Below are positions 20,314 through 30,409 of a DNA stretch of 64,000 bases, one piece after another. Positions within the stretch are counted from its first letter, which is position 1, and the number at the start of each line of letters is the position of its first letter. The notes under the pieces were generated by a model, which was not told the origin of the DNA, did no database searches, and saw only the letters and a list, made by a program, of their open reading frames with translations. The translations under genes and the position numbers were made by a program. The stretch is taken from the NCBI GenBank assembly GCA_038801705.1, contig JAULTC010000001.1:369214-433213 (forward strand), given 5' to 3'. The stretch comes from Candidatus Methanosuratincola mesotaenarum. Lineage in GTDB: Archaea > Thermoproteota > Methanomethylicia > Methanomethylicales > Methanomethylicaceae.

Positions 20314-20899
20314 CTTCATCCCCAATCAACATGAAGAACGGCTTCCTCGCGATTTCAGTTAAAAGGTGGTGCCTACTTTTTGCCCTCTTCGAGAATTCCT
20401 CTTCGCTCCAAAGTATATAGTTGACTTCCCTTCCAACTTCTTTCTCAACCTTATTCACTGCTCTCAGCACTTCATCTTCGCCGATGCTACCCACGATAAG
20501 CAAGTCAAAATCGCTACTTTCGGTCTCCTCCCCACTTGCAAAGGAGCCGTAAATGAGGGCGTAGCGAATTCCCTTCAAGGCAGAAAGGGCGCTTTTCATC
20601 ACGTCGCCTAGGCCAATGGTCTTCATTATTAATCCTTTCAATTCGCCAAAGTAAGGGAGCTTCTTGTTCGCTGAAACGAGCGTGATCTTTCCCCTCTTCT
20701 CTTCGGTGAGTATGCCTAACGAGATCAGGTTCTTCACTTCCCTGTAGAGCATGCTGTATGGTATGTTCATCTCCTTGGAGAACTCGCGAATGTAGAATCG
20801 CCTGTCAGAGTTCATCGCGATTTTGGAAAGGAGGGTTATTCTGGTCTTGGACCCGAACAATTTATCTATTGATGTCATATTATCTATTTGGAATGTCAA
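20267..20899 (-). CDS. HTH plus minimal nucleotidyltransferase (MNT antitoxin)
   Basis: LFGSKTR..LL HTH N-terminus; IYGSFASG...SDFDLLIVG. Confidence 0.9.
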   Translation of the reverse strand: MTFQIDNMTSIDKLFGSKTRITLLSKIAMNSDRRFYIREFSKEMNIPYSMLYREVKNLISLGILTEEKRGKITLVSANKKLPYFGELKGLIMKTIGLGDVMKSALSALKGIRYALIYGSFASGEETESSDFDLLIVGSIGEDEVLRAVNKVEKEVGREVNYILWSEEEFSKRAKSRHHLLTEIARKPFFMLIGDEDEFRRAVKEQSRKEN

Positions 20900-21309
20900 A
20901 GCTTAAGATATGCCGTGACACCTGTCTGATTTTCGGACAAATAGCCGATATCTCTAAGCGAATACACAACGTCTTGCCCAGCCAACCTCTTTATCTCTTT
21001 TCTACGCGAAATAATTGCGATACCTGGCGTAAGAACTGTAGCAAACAAGGCTACGAATAGTATCTTAAACCGATACCATTCCAGCTTAAAAACTGCTCTT
21101 CGCAAGTGTTCGAACGTAGAATGTGAACCTACTTCTGGCTACCAATGCTTAAGCCCGAAAATACCGCTTTCATCTGTTTTAGAGCTCATTTATTATGGCT
21201 TGTTTCAAGGCTTGGTTCACGCTTCGATTTGGCCGTGTTCCTGATTCACTACGGTTCTGTGAGGCATTGATAACGCTTCTCTGGTAAGGATCTCGTTCGG
21301 GTTCATTCC

Positions 21310-21608
21310 CCCACCCCCAAAGCAACGCAGAAACCCAAACTTTAACATCAAGAATTACTTTGGGCACGCGCTTCTTCGATGAAGGGACCAACATCTTCCT
21401 CCGAAAGCCCCAGCTGCCGAAGTTTGCTCCAGACTGGCTTCATGGTTTATTCAAGATTTATCTACTATCTTCTTTAGAACCACCATGCCGTCAATGGCTA
21501 TGGCTAAGATTTTTTCGCCTTTCTTTAGGCTGGCGGCTTGCTTCGCACGTTTGCCGGGATGACTACTTGGCATTTGGAGGAAAACTTGGTTGTTGACGCT
21601 TCGACCAT
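21310..21608 (-). pseudogene. Second AbrB antitoxin plus PIN toxin pair, both degraded
   Basis: ATG 21608 MVEASTTKFSSKCQVVIPANVRS with stops and shifts, overlapping GTG 21367 VPKVILDVKVWVSALLWG, then truncated. Confidence 0.7.
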
Positions 21609-22103
21609 GCTCTCACCACCAAACAGTAAGAGCACTCTTACTTAATGCAAATTACCCACAAGCACTAAACCATCAAAGACATACCAAAACATTAAAAACT
21701 TACAATAGAAGAAAAAAACAGCATCCCGCCTAATTTTAGCAGGTTCGGATAGTTTCTTTAAGCCCAAGTAAGGAAGTTCCGTGAAAATTAGTCTCAAGAA
21801 GTTTCCGTAAGCCAGATTATTTTTGAATTCCCACTGCATGGTTGTAGGTGAAATCGTATTGGTTAATCTTGTTAATGATTGGGAGGTGCTGGAAGAGTAC
21901 GCCGGAGGAAAAGGGTTTCTACCAGCTTTTAGGCGTGGACGGCACACTAAAAATCAGAATAAGCTTGGAAAACTCGGCTTGAAAGGAATTCGAAAGCGGA
22001 AAAGACGGACTCAACCCGCATACTGGACTTCGGCAAGCCCAAACACTAGATCCGCATAAGCGGAAAAAAATCAGAGACGAACAATTCTTCAAATAAAAAA
22101 TTC

Positions 22104-22787
22104 TCAGACTAGCCCCCAAGATGCCAGCCATTCAGTCAACCCTGAATAGACAAGCTGCGCCGCAAATGCTGCGATGATAATCGCCATGAATCGCCCTAGT
22201 GCCTTGATGCCATTACTGCCGATCAGTTTGCTCAGATATTCAGAATAACGAAGCAGCAGATATGTGATGATGACGACTATAATAATGCTCATTATCAGAA
22301 CAACTAATGGAGAGGTTGCTGAGAGCAGAATAATTGTAGTCATGGTGCCAGGGCCAACAAGCAGAGGGGTCGCGATTGGAACTATTGCCACCTCCTCCCT
22401 CGAGTCTACCGCTTTTGTTCTCGGGAGACCGCCCAGCATTTCAACGGCAATCACCATTAAGAGAACGCCCCCGCCAACCATTAAACTAGAGATGTTAATG
22501 TTGAAGAAAGTCAGAATATAATTCCCAGCCAATGCCATCACCACGCAGATTAAGAAAACGGTCAAAGAGGACTTGAAGACAATTCGGCGTCTTGAAGCCA
22601 AGTCGATGCCATCGGTCAGAGACATGAAAACAGGCAGGACACTTATCGGGTTCATTATGGCAAATATCTGAGCCGAGATCAGGACTATCTGATACGGCCA
22701 GTATGAGAAGTCGGCCAAGCTTAGGAACTGGATCTCAATCATTTGAAAGCACTCATGAAATGCTCGTCCAAAGCTATTTAAAACCAT
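22104..22787 (-). CDS. MarC-family membrane protein
   Basis: FAIMNPISVLPVF, VPIATPLLVGPGTMTT. Confidence 0.92.
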   Translation of the reverse strand: MVLNSFGRAFHECFQMIEIQFLSLADFSYWPYQIVLISAQIFAIMNPISVLPVFMSLTDGIDLASRRRIVFKSSLTVFLICVVMALAGNYILTFFNINISSLMVGGGVLLMVIAVEMLGGLPRTKAVDSREEVAIVPIATPLLVGPGTMTTIILLSATSPLVVLIMSIIIVVIITYLLLRYSEYLSKLIGSNGIKALGRFMAIIIAAFAAQLVYSGLTEWLASWGLV

Positions 22788-23183
22788 TTAGCCTGTCCGG
22801 ATCCGGAATGCCTTGCGGACGTCCTTTGAGAGCAACAGCAGTATGGTCATCAGGTCGAGAATAAGCTTCGGCAGGTCGAGCAGCACACTCTCTGCGTTTA
22901 TCATGATTATGAAGCCTAATCCTCCAAAGATAAGACCGAATAAGGAAAATGCCATCGACAAAAACCATGCTGGTCGCTTTAATCTGTACAGCCCATAGGC
23001 TATACCGAAGCTGATGATTGCCATGATAAGCGGCAGCGCAGTGAACCAGTCGATGACCTGGAACTGCAACAGGTAGAGCATATATGAAATCCCTGCGAAT
23101 GCCTCAATGGCAACAAGGATCTTCACTTCACCGGGTACAGAAGCCGCACTTTTAGGCTGGTTGCTCAGGATAGCCCCCTCCAC
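22788..23183 (-). CDS. Hypothetical 4-TM membrane protein
   Basis: Hydrophobic ORF ending LLSKDVRKAF. Confidence 0.65.
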   Translation of the reverse strand: MEGAILSNQPKSAASVPGEVKILVAIEAFAGISYMLYLLQFQVIDWFTALPLIMAIISFGIAYGLYRLKRPAWFLSMAFSLFGLIFGGLGFIIMINAESVLLDLPKLILDLMTILLLLSKDVRKAFRIRTG

Positions 23184-23219
23184 GCTACACGGAAGAAGAA
23201 AAAAGCGGATATATTTGCC

Positions 23220-24149
23220 TTACTGATTAGGTCCGGCTGCTTCGCTCTCACTGGGCTGTTCGCCCTTCTTCTTCGAGATCCGCTTCGGTTTTGTTTTTGG
23301 CAAACTTTCCTCAAGGAGCTTTTGGAGTTTAGGATCGACAACCAAGTACCTCCTTGGATAGGCAATCGCTATCCCGTTAGCTTCGAATTCCTTCTTTATC
23401 TCCTTCAGAACGCTCCTCGCCATTTCGAAAGACGTCGGCTGATCCTTCGCTCTGCTTAGGAGCCTCAGCTGCAAACCAGAGTCTCCGTATTCCATAACCT
23501 GGACCTTGGGGAGATCTCCAATCGGAAGGCAGTCAGGATGGCGTTTAGCCACATCGACCATTATCTGCATCGCCTTGTCTAAATCAGACTCGTAGCTAAT
23601 CGAGATGAATATGGGGGTGAGCTTGCTCGGATCCGTGCGCGTATAGTTCACAATTACCTCGTTCTGGAGCACCGAATTTGGAACCATCAGCCGCCTGTTG
23701 TCCCAAGTCCTGAGCACGGTGTGCATCAGCTTAATGTCTTCGACAAAGCAGAACTCGTTTTTGAAAAGGAGTGCTTCGTTTATCCTGATCGGCTGAAATA
23801 TGGATATCGTCATGCCTGCGAAGATATTTGAAAGGGTTGACTGGGCGGCAAGACCAATTATGATTGAAGCAAATCCAGCCGCAACGAAGATGGAGGCGAG
23901 CGAGGCGCCAAGTGCAGGAAATGCAGCGTATGTGGAGGAGGTTATGCCGATTAATATTATCGTGAAAAGGATCAACCGCCTTATGAAACGGTAGCTCGTG
24001 TCTAGGCTTGGATTCTTTTCCACGATTTCTGCGATCCTCTTGTTGAGGATGTGATTGATGATATAGGCAACTATGAGTGTTAGAGATATGCCAATTACGA
24101 ATGACAGTAGAGGCATGATGAAGGCGTTAAGATCGTCTATACCAAACAT
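23220..24149 (-). CDS. Small-conductance mechanosensitive channel (MscS family)
   Basis: IGLAAQSTLSNIFAG, T.LRTWDNRRLMVPNS, ISYESDLDKA. Confidence 0.93.
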   Translation of the reverse strand: MFGIDDLNAFIMPLLSFVIGISLTLIVAYIINHILNKRIAEIVEKNPSLDTSYRFIRRLILFTIILIGITSSTYAAFPALGASLASIFVAAGFASIIIGLAAQSTLSNIFAGMTISIFQPIRINEALLFKNEFCFVEDIKLMHTVLRTWDNRRLMVPNSVLQNEVIVNYTRTDPSKLTPIFISISYESDLDKAMQIMVDVAKRHPDCLPIGDLPKVQVMEYGDSGLQLRLLSRAKDQPTSFEMARSVLKEIKKEFEANGIAIAYPRRYLVVDPKLQKLLEESLPKTKPKRISKKKGEQPSESEAAGPNQ

Positions 24150-24248
24150 GGGAATCGGGTGATCAAACCCACTATCATATATAAATCATTCTGAATAAAA
24201 AGGAAATTTATTGAGAATTAGGGATTAAATAAAAAAAAAGATTATTGG

Positions 24249-25805
24249 TTATTGTGGTTTTGGCACATCCTTGTGGATATCATAGTAGAGCGGGCCGCGC
24301 TCCTTCTTGGTTACGAGGGAGACGATGATTATGGTCAAGAAGCCCAGGATCATACCCCAGGCGCCTGCGTCGAGGTAGAACGTACGCATCATGGCTCCAG
24401 TCCCAAACGGGATACGGTAGCCGAGTGTCAACGCCGCTGTCACGATCGTGCCTACACCCACACCGGCCGCTCCGCCCCATTTGGTTACGCCCTTCCAAGT
24501 GGTAGCCAGAATCAGCGCGGGTGCAAGCGTTGCTGCGAACTGTGCCCAGCCGATTGCCGCTAGCCATGTGATGATCTCGGACGGGAAGATGGTCTCGATC
24601 ACCATTAGGATACCCACGCCCAGCATTCCGATCCTGAGGTACTTCAGCTGCTGCTTGTCAGTCCAGTTCGGCCTGAAGCACTTGTGGATTATGTCCCTGG
24701 TTATGGCTGCTCCGCCCATCATGATGAAGCCGTCGATCGTGCTCCACGCAGCACCAATGACTCCTGCGATCAGCAGACCGCCGAGTATTGGCGATTCGAC
24801 ACCAAGCTTGTAAACGGTCAACCATGCGATGACCCCATCGGGGCCGAGACCAAGAGCGGCAATTGCGGGTGCGACTGTTGCATCTGTTACAGCCAAGTAC
24901 TTCGTGACCACGCCCAAGTAACAGTAAGCGGGGCAGGTCACCCCGAAGATTATGGCTGCCAAGAGACCCCACATCCAAAGGGTGCTAGGCTTCTTTATAC
25001 CGTACAGCTTCTGGACGATCGCTGGCTGGCCGACTAGCCCAAAAGACGAGATTAAGAAGAACCAGCTTACCCAGAAGAGCCAGGCGTAGCCACCGAGTGC
25101 CTCACTGTTGTTTAGCCATGCCGTGCCGCCCGTGGACGCTGTAATTGTGGCGAGCATTTCGCCGTAACCGCCGGTCCATGAATAGCCAAGACCGACTGCC
25201 AGAATAGAGGCGATGATCATCATCGAGACGTTCAGTGAGTTGATGATTGCACCGGCAATGAATCCGCCGAGAAGCACGTAGATTACGGAGACCGCGATGC
25301 CGAGCATTGCCGCCGGCTCGTACGGGATGTTCAGCAGTGCACCGAATAGTACGCCGATAGCCTTGAACTGTGCTGTTGCATAGAAGACGCATGCGATTAC
25401 GATACCGATTGCAGCAAAGATCCTGATCAACTTACCCCCGTACACCTCACCCAGGAAATCGGGCATCGTCATGAGGTTGTACTTCTTGGCAGATATCCTC
25501 ATCCACCTTCCGAGGAAGAGAATTACGAGCGGGAAACCTGCCATCATGGGGATGCAGATGCCCCAGTGCTGCCATGCGCCTGCCGCGTATATGCCTCCAG
25601 GAAGGCCGAAGAAGGCCCAGGCGCTCACAGAGGCGCCAGCGCTCCACATCCCGAGCATCCAGACCGGTATCGCCCTGCCGCCGACCATAAGGTCGCCAGA
25701 GGCCTTGACTTTCTTCCTGGACCAAACGCCAACGCCGAGGATCAACGCAACCCAGATTATGACAATTATGCCTTCTATAAGTTTTCCTGTTGCTATGTCA
25801 ACCAT
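24249..25805 (-). CDS. Sodium:solute symporter (PutP/PanF-like)
   Basis: SAWAFFGLPG, GQPAIVQK, GAAWSTIDG, ~13 TMs. Confidence 0.92.
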   Translation of the reverse strand: MVDIATGKLIEGIIVIIWVALILGVGVWSRKKVKASGDLMVGGRAIPVWMLGMWSAGASVSAWAFFGLPGGIYAAGAWQHWGICIPMMAGFPLVILFLGRWMRISAKKYNLMTMPDFLGEVYGGKLIRIFAAIGIVIACVFYATAQFKAIGVLFGALLNIPYEPAAMLGIAVSVIYVLLGGFIAGAIINSLNVSMMIIASILAVGLGYSWTGGYGEMLATITASTGGTAWLNNSEALGGYAWLFWVSWFFLISSFGLVGQPAIVQKLYGIKKPSTLWMWGLLAAIIFGVTCPAYCYLGVVTKYLAVTDATVAPAIAALGLGPDGVIAWLTVYKLGVESPILGGLLIAGVIGAAWSTIDGFIMMGGAAITRDIIHKCFRPNWTDKQQLKYLRIGMLGVGILMVIETIFPSEIITWLAAIGWAQFAATLAPALILATTWKGVTKWGGAAGVGVGTIVTAALTLGYRIPFGTGAMMRTFYLDAGAWGMILGFLTIIIVSLVTKKERGPLYYDIHKDVPKPQ

Positions 25806-25817
25806 TCAGTTTGCCCC

Positions 25818-26042
25818 CTATATCTCCTCAGCAAGCTCAGGGTGTTTGTTAATCCAAGAACGCCACCAAAGCATCGAGATTATCGGAAATACGAACCAGC
25901 AGAGAATCTCCGTCGCATAGATAAGAAACCAAGTGCCTGTCCAATCAGCTGGGATGCCCCAGCCATATGTCCCGAACACACCGCGTAGCATGTCCACGAA
26001 GATCAATATCGAGTATTCGCTTGTCAGAAACAACTCAAACAT
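25818..26042 (-). CDS. Small membrane accessory protein of SSS transporter
   Basis: 74-aa hydrophobic ORF immediately upstream of the symporter. Confidence 0.6.
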   Translation of the reverse strand: MFELFLTSEYSILIFVDMLRGVFGTYGWGIPADWTGTWFLIYATEILCWFVFPIISMLWWRSWINKHPELAEEI

Positions 26043-26244
26043 ATTTTTCCCACCATTGAGTTTTCTTGAATATTACTCAACCATGGTATTAATATAGGTT
26101 ACGAAAATCCATGAAAAGATTTATATATAGATAACTCCCTTCCCCAAGGGAAATAAACATTATATTTTTTATCATAAATGCTATTGGTAATAATCTACAA
26201 CTTTTCTTATTAGGTTTCATTCTCCTAAAAAGTAGAACGCCGTA

Positions 26245-26973
26245 ATGGATAATAGAAAGTACGAGAATCCTGAGATGGGTAGAAAAATGGCAGAAGAGAG
26301 CGTTACGCCTCCTTTCAAGTACTGGCTGCTTATGTTAGTATTTCTAGTTACGGTCATATCCGTTGGGAGCGCGATAGGCTTTCATGCGTTTGGCCCGACG
26401 TTCATCGAGAACATGAACGCATACAACCTTTACGAGATGGGCAGAGAGGGAAGGCGACTCTACTATGAAACGCCAGAAGGGGAAAAGATGATCAAGGTAG
26501 ATATCGGGTTCGATATGAACACCACGTACAATTCGACACACGGGGTGGCTTACTGGTTCATGGGCATAGAGCTCCCTTATGGATCCACCCTCATGGATGC
26601 AATAGAAAACATCCACAAAGCAGAGATAGCCGAGATGAGGGTTTATGACCTGGACGACACAGCAGTCTTTGAGAGAGTCATAGAAGACCCGCAGAGCATC
26701 AACCTTGAGATTAAATTCAGTGAGATACTGAGCATAAAGTATTTGGATGAGATCAATGGAACCAGAAGCGATCCTGTCACGATGGCGCAATGGATGACGT
26801 ACTTCTGGAATGCGAAAGCTCAGAGCTTCGCTTACATAACAGTGTCGTCTACCAATTTTGAATTGGCACATAAGGACACCGTAGTGATAATTTATGACAT
26901 ATTCGGAGGGTGGCCAGCAGACTGCTGCAGTGGCGGTGCCTGGGAGTACGATGAGTATACAGGTCCAACATAA
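26245..26973 (+). CDS. Membrane-anchored protein, DUF4430/transcobalamin-C-like domain
   Basis: Single TM; GSTLMDA, YLDEINGT...WMTYFWN pattern. Confidence 0.55.
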   Translation: MDNRKYENPEMGRKMAEESVTPPFKYWLLMLVFLVTVISVGSAIGFHAFGPTFIENMNAYNLYEMGREGRRLYYETPEGEKMIKVDIGFDMNTTYNSTHGVAYWFMGIELPYGSTLMDAIENIHKAEIAEMRVYDLDDTAVFERVIEDPQSINLEIKFSEILSIKYLDEINGTRSDPVTMAQWMTYFWNAKAQSFAYITVSSTNFELAHKDTVVIIYDIFGGWPADCCSGGAWEYDEYTGPT

Positions 26974-27068
26974 TGACGATTCGTTTTAAATTTCTTGTAG
27001 CGGCGGTACCAGGGAGTACGAGTGGCGCTTACCAAGTGAGCAAAATCATGTCATTTTGCTCTGCTTAA

Positions 27069-27536
27069 TCAGTCCTCTTCCCGATCGCAGCGGCACCTGA
27101 AAGATCCGAGCATCTTCAGCGCGGTCTCTTCGAATTCGTTTTTGTTCTCGTAGTACTCGTTGAACAGGAGGTACCTTCTGCTGCAGACTTCGCAGAAAGC
27201 GAGGAGGCCTATCATGCAGTGGTGCAGCTCCTTTGTGAGCCTCTTCTTTGTGGAGTATGCTATCTTGTGGAAGTGGGCAGGGTGATTCGCATCCGCGCCG
27301 GCCCAACTGAAGACCTCGGTCTTTATCCCGACTAGGTCCCTGTCATTCTCAATCGCCCCCACCTTATCCTTGAAGAATTCCTCGGGCGCAGAGTATACCT
27401 TCTTGAATTCATCGAGGTCGTCCCAGAAGACTTGGACGATGTGCTTGGAATGATCAGAAACCTCGAGATCCCCCTTGAAGTAGAGGGAGCCCTTTGTGAT
27501 GGAAACAAAATACTCCTTTGGCATATCAAGCTCCAT
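27069..27536 (-). CDS. Hypothetical Cys/His-containing protein
   Basis: ATG 27536; HPAHFH, CEVCSRR, CRC. Confidence 0.6.
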   Translation of the reverse strand: MELDMPKEYFVSITKGSLYFKGDLEVSDHSKHIVQVFWDDLDEFKKVYSAPEEFFKDKVGAIENDRDLVGIKTEVFSWAGADANHPAHFHKIAYSTKKRLTKELHHCMIGLLAFCEVCSRRYLLFNEYYENKNEFEETALKMLGSFRCRCDREED

Positions 27537-27598
27537 GCCGTATATTGACAGCAGCATAAAAATTACCGGTGAAAAAAAGAGGGGGGTAGTTTTATACT

Positions 27599-28039
27599 TT
27601 ACCTTCTTATGATGAGCACGTCGCAGTGGGCGTTCTTTGATACATACTCGGCAACGCTGCCAAGCAGGGTTCTCCTTAGCCCCGTTATGCCCCTCGATCC
27701 TATCACTGTGAGTGCGCATCCCTGTCTCTCGGCTTCGGCTACGAATCCAGCACCGACTGTATTCCAGACCGGCACAATTTTGGACTCGACGACATTTACC
27801 CCTTCTTTCTTCGCCCTTTCTTCGTACCCCTTGAGGAGCGGTTCCAGTTTTTCTGCAACTTCTTTTGGCACCGCAGGCGGGTACGGTGGGATGTCGCCTA
27901 AGATACCAATTGCAGGGGGGGCATAGATAGTCACTATCAAGAGCCTCGCGTCATACCTCTTTGCTATGTCCATTGCTGTCTCAAATGCTGCCTCGGCAGG
28001 TTTGGATCCGTCCACACCAACCATTATTGTCCTGTACAT
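27599..28039 (-). CDS. Universal stress protein
   Basis: IMVGVDGS, IGSRG.TG...LLGSVAEYV..NAHCDVLII. Confidence 0.95.
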   Translation of the reverse strand: MYRTIMVGVDGSKPAEAAFETAMDIAKRYDARLLIVTIYAPPAIGILGDIPPYPPAVPKEVAEKLEPLLKGYEERAKKEGVNVVESKIVPVWNTVGAGFVAEAERQGCALTVIGSRGITGLRRTLLGSVAEYVSKNAHCDVLIIRR

Positions 28040-28183
28040 TTTTCATCACTTTTTAATAATATTTAGCAGAAATGGGTTATTATAGTTTGGCATTCTGTTC
28101 GTTGATCTTGTTTTCCTAGCGCAGGGGGCGCGTGTGCTAATGATTTATACCACCGATGATCAAACATTTTATTGGTGCAGCAT

Positions 28184-28666
28184 ATGGAGATCAAGATAGT
28201 CAGTGTGAGCGTGCCGCAGGGATCGAACGTGGTGATAGGCCAGACTCACTTCATAAAGAGCGCCGAGGACCTTTACGAGGTGATGGCGACGCATGCCCAA
28301 GGTGCAGAGTTCGGGATCGCCTTTTCGGAGGCTTCAGGGCCCTGTCTGATAAGGCGCGAAGGGAACTGTGATGAGCTGGAGAAGGCCGCGGCAGATGCCT
28401 GCATGGCAATAGGGGCAGGCCACATATTCGTATTGATCATGAGAAAAGCATACCCGATAAGCGTGCTGAATGCCATAAAAGTAGTGCAAGAGGTCTGCAA
28501 CGTCTTCTGCGCCACAGCAAACCCGCTAGGAGTGGTCGTGGCTGAGGCGGATGGCAGAAGGGGAGTGCTCGGCGTGATAGACGGCGATGCACCCAAGGGC
28601 GTGGAGTCGGACGCGGACAGGGAAAGCAGAAAGGCGTTCCTCAGGAAGATAGGCTACAAGCGGTGA
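28184..28666 (+). CDS. Adenosine-specific kinase / DUF355 family
   Basis: GQTHFIKSAEDL, FSEASGPCL, CATANP, GVIDG, LRKIGYK. Confidence 0.9.
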   Translation: MEIKIVSVSVPQGSNVVIGQTHFIKSAEDLYEVMATHAQGAEFGIAFSEASGPCLIRREGNCDELEKAAADACMAIGAGHIFVLIMRKAYPISVLNAIKVVQEVCNVFCATANPLGVVVAEADGRRGVLGVIDGDAPKGVESDADRESRKAFLRKIGYKR

Positions 28667-28702
28667 ATGTAAGCGACCTGGACTTACTTACCGGAAGGAT
28701 GC

Positions 28703-29003
28703 ATGAACTGCTACCAAAGTTGGATGGCACTCCCGCATGATCAGCAGCAGGCTATCCGTAGGAGTTTGCAAGTTCACAGCTGCCCCTGCCTTTGGGTAGC
28801 CCAAAGGTGCGTTTCATTATGTTCTTCTCCCCGTTGTAGTCGGCTTTAAGCAAGTTCTGCCCCGCAGGAGCTCTTACAGGCAGCCGTGCAACACCTCCTT
28901 CGCCACAGATGGAACAGGTCTGGGGTCGGGGGCAACTCAGGTTCCTCTCCCATTCCCCTTGCTGGAATCCCTGCTCAACAATCAGCAATTTGGCGCAGCC
29001 CAT
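28703..29003 (-). mobile_element. IS200/IS605 tnpB 3' remnant with degenerate right end
   Basis: Minus frame QTCSICG...ADYNGEKNIMKR (Zn ribbon plus RuvC-III-like), followed by GCCATCCAACTTTGGTAGCAGTTCAT resembling IS605 right ends. Confidence 0.6.
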
Positions 29004-29734
29004 GCATTTTTATTTACATCCCCTGCCAGGAAGCGGGCAAGCTCTGCCGGGCCCTGCAACAGTAGCTTGCCAGCGGGTAAAAACCCAGGTTGGCAGCGCA
29101 GGGGATGTTGGTTGGGGAAAGGCTGCCGCACCTCCTTCCCTCTTCAAGCTGCACTGGCAAAGAAAGCGCACAGTTTTGGCATAGTCAGTGCATCCATGAG
29201 GGCAGAGCCGAGGATCAAGCATGCAGGAGGGGTGCGCTTACTTTGACCAGCCCGTCAGCACTGCCTAGCTAGCTACCTACCTGATTGCTTGATTGATTGC
29301 AGGACGAATCGATAAAATCATACAACCTCAGGCTTGAGCGGTTCTGACATTCGGTCCGTCTATGATCTCAATCGTATCAGATCATATCATGCCTTATACG
29401 ATTCCCAAAAATTGTTACATTTTTATCCTAAATCGCATCAGATACTTGCTTACCTGGTCGGCATTTGGTATTGCTTGAAGTAGCCTCTCTGCATCCTCTC
29501 CGCGTGGATCTTCATTGAGACATCGCCTGTGGCAACCCATAAATTGAACTGCATGTATCCTGCAAAGAATTCACAAATCATGGGGCGAGTCTCCTGCTTT
29601 CCCGATCCGTCCCTATTTCAGAAGGGATTTCTATGGCTCCATTATGATCACGCCGTTCCAAGCAATGATGCAAATCCTTGAGGCATGATGCCTTACTGGC
29701 AAACTATATTAATGATTCTGCTTCATTTTCAGAT

Positions 29735-30400
29735 ATGGATGGTCGGATCTGCGATTTCCATATGCACTCACTCTACAGCGACGGCGATCTGCTCCCATCC
29801 GAGATTGTGCGGCGTACCCGCGTTCTGGGAAACAGGCTTGTAGCGATCACAGACCATGCTGATGCGTCCAATATAGAGTGGCTGGTCTCTGCGTTGCAGC
29901 GGGCATCTGATGAAATCTCAAGGCATGTTGATGACTTCCAGCTGGTTCCCGGCGTAGAGCTCACGCATATTCCGCCAGCAAACATACCTGAGCTGGCGAG
30001 GAGGGCGAAGGGGCTGGGGGCGAAGGTAGTGGTTGTCCACGGGGAGACTCCAGTAGAACCGGTGGAGCCTGGGACCAACCATGCGGCGTGCTGCTGCAGT
30101 GATGTCGACATCCTGGCGCACCCCGGGCTCGTGGCTGAGGACGACGTCCTTGCGGCAAAGGAAAACGGCGTCTTCTTGGAACTCTCCTACAGGGGAGGGC
30201 ACTGCCTTGGCAACGGTCACGTGGCAAGGCTTGCGCTTAAGGCAAAGGCGATGCTGCTCGTAAGCTCAGACGCCCATACGGTTGGAGACCACCTGACACC
30301 AGAAATGTCGCTCGTGGTCGCACGCGGCGCAGGTCTCTCAATGGAGGAAGCGGAACACGCCGTCTTCAAGAACCCCGCCGAGCTGGTAAAGAGGTTTTAG
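29735..30400 (+). CDS. PHP-domain phosphoesterase (histidinol phosphatase-like)
   Basis: DFHMHSLYSDG, ITDH, GVELTH, HGET, ILAHPG, SDAH. Confidence 0.92.
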   Translation: MDGRICDFHMHSLYSDGDLLPSEIVRRTRVLGNRLVAITDHADASNIEWLVSALQRASDEISRHVDDFQLVPGVELTHIPPANIPELARRAKGLGAKVVVVHGETPVEPVEPGTNHAACCCSDVDILAHPGLVAEDDVLAAKENGVFLELSYRGGHCLGNGHVARLALKAKAMLLVSSDAHTVGDHLTPEMSLVVARGAGLSMEEAEHAVFKNPAELVKRF

Positions 30401-30409
30401 CTTTCAGGG

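Larger units (their letters stand above)
15077..22080. mobile_element. Decayed tRNA-Gln-associated integrated element (provirus-like) with TA cargo; boundaries approximate
   Basis: Begins right after the tRNA; terminase fragments, many frameshifts, TA modules, visibly different base and codon usage; no integrase or attR found. Confidence 0.7.

Noticed and set aside
21600..22100. attR copy of the tRNA-Gln 3' end or an integrase
   Set aside because: No match to the tRNA 3' sequence and no tyrosine-recombinase motif seen, so the right boundary stays approximate.
29370..29443. AATCG(T/C)ATCAGAT repeated 61 bp apart
   Set aside because: Only two 13-bp copies; may be operator sites but not enough evidence.
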